Shown piece after piece: positions 7,897 to 10,423 of a stretch of 10,423 nucleotides of DNA. Numbering within the stretch: the first letter of the stretch is position 1; the number at the start of each line of letters is the position of its first letter. The stretch is from an uncultured Nitrososphaeraceae archaeon. GTDB lineage: Archaea; Thermoproteota; Nitrososphaeria; Nitrososphaerales; Nitrososphaeraceae. The notes beneath the pieces were generated by a model that did no database searches, was not told where the DNA came from, and worked only from the letters and a program-made list of their open reading frames with translations. A program made the position numbers and the translations under genes. The stretch is taken from contig CAWIMJ010000033.1 of NCBI GenBank assembly GCA_963837175.1, positions 1-10,423 on the forward strand, in the 5' to 3' direction.

Positions 7897-7923
7897 AAGG
7901 TTATTTGAATAATAAATAACCTT
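7897..7923. repeat. Perfect 10-bp inverted repeat with a 7-nt spacer
   Basis: AAGGTTATTT-gaataat-AAATAACCTT, starting at the base immediately after repeat copy 2. Confidence 0.75.
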
Positions 7924-8218
7924 TATGATATACTTCATAGAATAGAAGGTTTTCTTTACACATTGATATTATTATCATGACACTTTCTGTATTCCTGTAG
8001 ATACCAGTCATGATTTCTATTAATGACACCTCCTCAGAGTTCCAAGACACTACCAAGAGGTCTTTTGATATTGTAATTATGCGGGGTTCTTCATATGCTA
8101 TTGGAAATCGAAAGATCATAATTTTTGGTTGTCTTCACTTACACCTTAAATAAAATCGAAATCTGTCCAATAATCAGCAGCATTTTTAACAAATCAGAAG
8201 GTTAGTGTAAGATAACTA

Positions 8219-8224
8219 TTATAT
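8219..8224 (+). promoter_or_regulatory. Probable TATA box for the MEDS gene
   Basis: TTATAT 26-31 nt upstream of the ATG at 8250, preceded by purine-rich AAGATAAC (BRE-like). Confidence 0.45.
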
Positions 8225-8249
8225 CTAACATTTTCTTTTAATTAGTTAG

Positions 8250-8791
8250 ATGGCACAGAGATTACAGACCCTTGAAGTAGGAAATCACGTAATTGCAGTT
8301 TACCGGGATAAAGAAGAAAAATTTAATGAAGCCCTTGCGTTTCTAAGAGATGGCCTGCAAAGAAATGAGCTTATTATGCTAATAACTACCGATCTTACAA
8401 AAGATGAAATCTGTGCCAAGATGAGAAATGAATGGAAAGTCGACATTACAAAACTTGAATCAAAAGGCGATATTGTCATTAAAACTACTGAAGAATGGTA
8501 TTTCCCCGATGGTATACCAAATATTCAGCGAACAATGGCATTATGGTCTACTTTAGTAGAAAACTCACTTAACAAAGGTAAAAGAGGATTACGGGTATTT
8601 GGAGATATGGAGCATTTTTTAAGAATGGATTTAGCAAAGAATTATTCGATTATGAATTATGTTTGGAACAAAGATTTAACTTTCCTGCTATTGGCATATG
8701 TGCATATGATTCTAGAGATATCGATAATATGACACTAGAGCAAATAAGACAACTACAACAACACCATAACCCAGTCTGGATGCAAGATTAA
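8250..8791 (+). CDS. Stand-alone MEDS sensory domain protein with one frameshift at about 8609-8611
   Basis: GNHVIAVY...FLRDGLQRNE...KGKRGLRVFGDM. The frame from 8612 continues AFFKNGFSKELFDYELCLEQRFNFPAIGICAYDSRDIDNMTLEQIRQLQQHHNPVWMQD* (TAA 8789-8791), with the MEDS YE and ICAYD..H motifs. One extra G (ATG GGA GCA) restores a 180-aa protein. Confidence 0.85.
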
Positions 8792-8867
8792 TAGCATTAA
8801 TAACGGTAAATATAATTTACCCTATAATAACATAAACAGAAAAATCCTATTATATATACTGTTATTA

Positions 8868-10139
8868 TTAAGCTGCTGGAAAAATCATTCCAAATGTAGT
8901 TCCCTTAGTGTAGTCTTTGTATACTCTATCTCCAACCCAAATCTTTCCTTTGTATCTTTCAACTAATGCTCTTACTATAGATAAACCTAATCCGCTTCCT
9001 TTTGCTTTAGAATAAAAACGTTCAAACAAATCTTTTTTCATCGAATCTGGTATACCTTTGCCATAATCAGATACGGTTATCATCCAATACTTTGCTTCAC
9101 CAATAAAATAATCCTTTATCATTACATCAATTTTCACTTCTGATGAATCTGTATATTTTACAGTATTAGAAAATAAATTTATGAAAATTTCATCAAGCAA
9201 ATCCTCAGCCTTTATATTTATATCCGTAGGATGACCGTGTGCCATACTTATAGAAATTTTTTTACCATGAGGATTATTATCGTATAACGTTTGCTCTACT
9301 GTAGTATATGCATTGTTAATTGTATCTGGAAGGTTCCTTAATACCAATTTTAAATCCTTTTGTCCATAAAGTCGTTCTAGTCTCCGTATGTTGTCTACAA
9401 GTGACTGGCTCCTCAGAAGGGCATTTTTTGCAGTAGTAAGATAAGAAAAAATTTTTTCGCTGTCTTGTGGTAAACCATTTGTTTTATTTTTCTCAAGAAG
9501 ATAAATTACAACTCCCAAATTACTTAGTATCAGTTGATGATAATTTCCTATATCATGTGTGATTACATCAACCAAAAGCTCAGAATGTTTTTTTTCTTCT
9601 ATCATTTTATCATAATTTTCTTTTTCTTCCCATACAACATCAAAACAAGAAACTGCATTATTGACTATAGAGATATTTTTTGAATACAGCCAATCATTAA
9701 CAGAAAAAATACTATTTTTATTTTTATTCTCATTATAATCATTATTTTCTTTGTCATATTGTTGTATATCAATTGAAAAAGAAAAAATATCCTTCTTATC
9801 TCTGATAAAGAGTAAAGAACTTGGTAATGTTGCTGATGCTATTTTATGCGATGATAATTTTATAGATTGGTATCCAATAAAAGGGACTATCTGTTTTATT
9901 AACTTCCTACTATTTTCATCGAAAGGGCATAACATCTTAACGATGATATTCTTGCTAAGTTTATGTGATATCAGATAGTCAATTATCTTGTAGTACGATA
10001 GAAATCGTAAGGATGCGGATTCAGGCAGTATTATATCCATTTCGGATTCAACTGAATGTATAAATTCAAATAATGAGTCAAGAAATTTTTTATCTATTGT
10101 TTGTGGGTTATTATTACTAGATTTCTTAGCATTATACAT
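8868..10139 (-). CDS. Soluble sensor histidine kinase (HisKA + HATPase_c)
   Basis: H box THDIGNYHQ, N box EIFINLFSNTVKY, G1 VSDYGKGIP, F box LFERFY and G2 GSGLGLSIV. The ~180-aa N-terminal region has no transmembrane segment. Confidence 0.95.
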   Translation of the reverse strand: MYNAKKSSNNNPQTIDKKFLDSLFEFIHSVESEMDIILPESASLRFLSYYKIIDYLISHKLSKNIIVKMLCPFDENSRKLIKQIVPFIGYQSIKLSSHKIASATLPSSLLFIRDKKDIFSFSIDIQQYDKENNDYNENKNKNSIFSVNDWLYSKNISIVNNAVSCFDVVWEEKENYDKMIEEKKHSELLVDVITHDIGNYHQLILSNLGVVIYLLEKNKTNGLPQDSEKIFSYLTTAKNALLRSQSLVDNIRRLERLYGQKDLKLVLRNLPDTINNAYTTVEQTLYDNNPHGKKISISMAHGHPTDINIKAEDLLDEIFINLFSNTVKYTDSSEVKIDVMIKDYFIGEAKYWMITVSDYGKGIPDSMKKDLFERFYSKAKGSGLGLSIVRALVERYKGKIWVGDRVYKDYTKGTTFGMIFPAA

Positions 10140-10165
10140 TTTTTATATTTATTCTCAAATGTTGT

Positions 10166-10423
10166 TCAAACAAATTGTTCTTTTTTACCAATAAGCAATG
10201 TCAAACCAACTGCCTTTTGAACGATGTCAACTACAATACAATTCTTCTGTTTTAAATTTGTGACTATATTGTCTTCAAGTTCATAAGCACTTAGTAGAAT
10301 TATATTTGCGCCATTTAATTCTCTTATTTTGCAGACAAGATCATCACTTAACATATCACCTAATCTATAATCAAATAGCACAACATATATTTTCTGCATT
10401 CTTTTTACTCTCTGCCTGGAATT
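10166..10423 (-). CDS. Response regulator receiver (CheY-like) domain, partial at the window edge and possibly degenerate
   Basis: VVLFDYRLGD (phosphoacceptor Asp), IILLSAY and IVQKAV (KP position). The frame is open up to the window end. It lies 26 nt upstream of the kinase on the same strand. Confidence 0.75.
   Translation of the reverse strand, partial: NSRQRVKRMQKIYVVLFDYRLGDMLSDDLVCKIRELNGANIILLSAYELEDNIVTNLKQKNCIVVDIVQKAVGLTLLIGKKEQFV

Noticed and set aside
7901-8119. 72-aa minus-strand ORF
   Set aside because: No recognisable motif. It may be decayed coding sequence but cannot be supported.
1150-8612. Programmed ribosomal frameshifting as a shared control of tfb, corA and MEDS
   Set aside because: No X XXY YYZ slippery heptamers or common stimulatory structure at the shift sites, and the shifts differ in direction.
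9751-9978. 75-aa plus-strand ORF
   Set aside because: Antisense shadow of the histidine kinase.

Overview
AT-rich archaeal accessory region. The TFB paralog, soluble histidine kinase with stand-alone REC and MEDS proteins, TTTATA-type boxes about 30 nt upstream of starts and Asn-rich tracts point to a soil ammonia-oxidising archaeon (Nitrososphaeraceae-like; inference). Left to right: a TFB gene with a late +1 frameshift; two small genes absent from the ORF track (a 58-aa Pro1 tautomerase and a 55-aa Cys/His microprotein); a decayed IS5-family transposase; a metallo-beta-lactamase-fold hydrolase with an unexplained C-terminal domain; a 5'-truncated GNAT remnant; a GMC oxidoreductase C-terminal fragment; a split corA with GMQ instead of GMN; a frameshifted MEDS gene; a histidine kinase; and a partial receiver domain. 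The most unusual non-coding signal is a ~120-bp direct repeat (5218-5337 and 7776-7896) with an invariant hairpin core that brackets the GMC fragment and corA. Four genes each have one small indel, which could be sequencing error or real decay. No complete novel system can be demonstrated from sequence alone.
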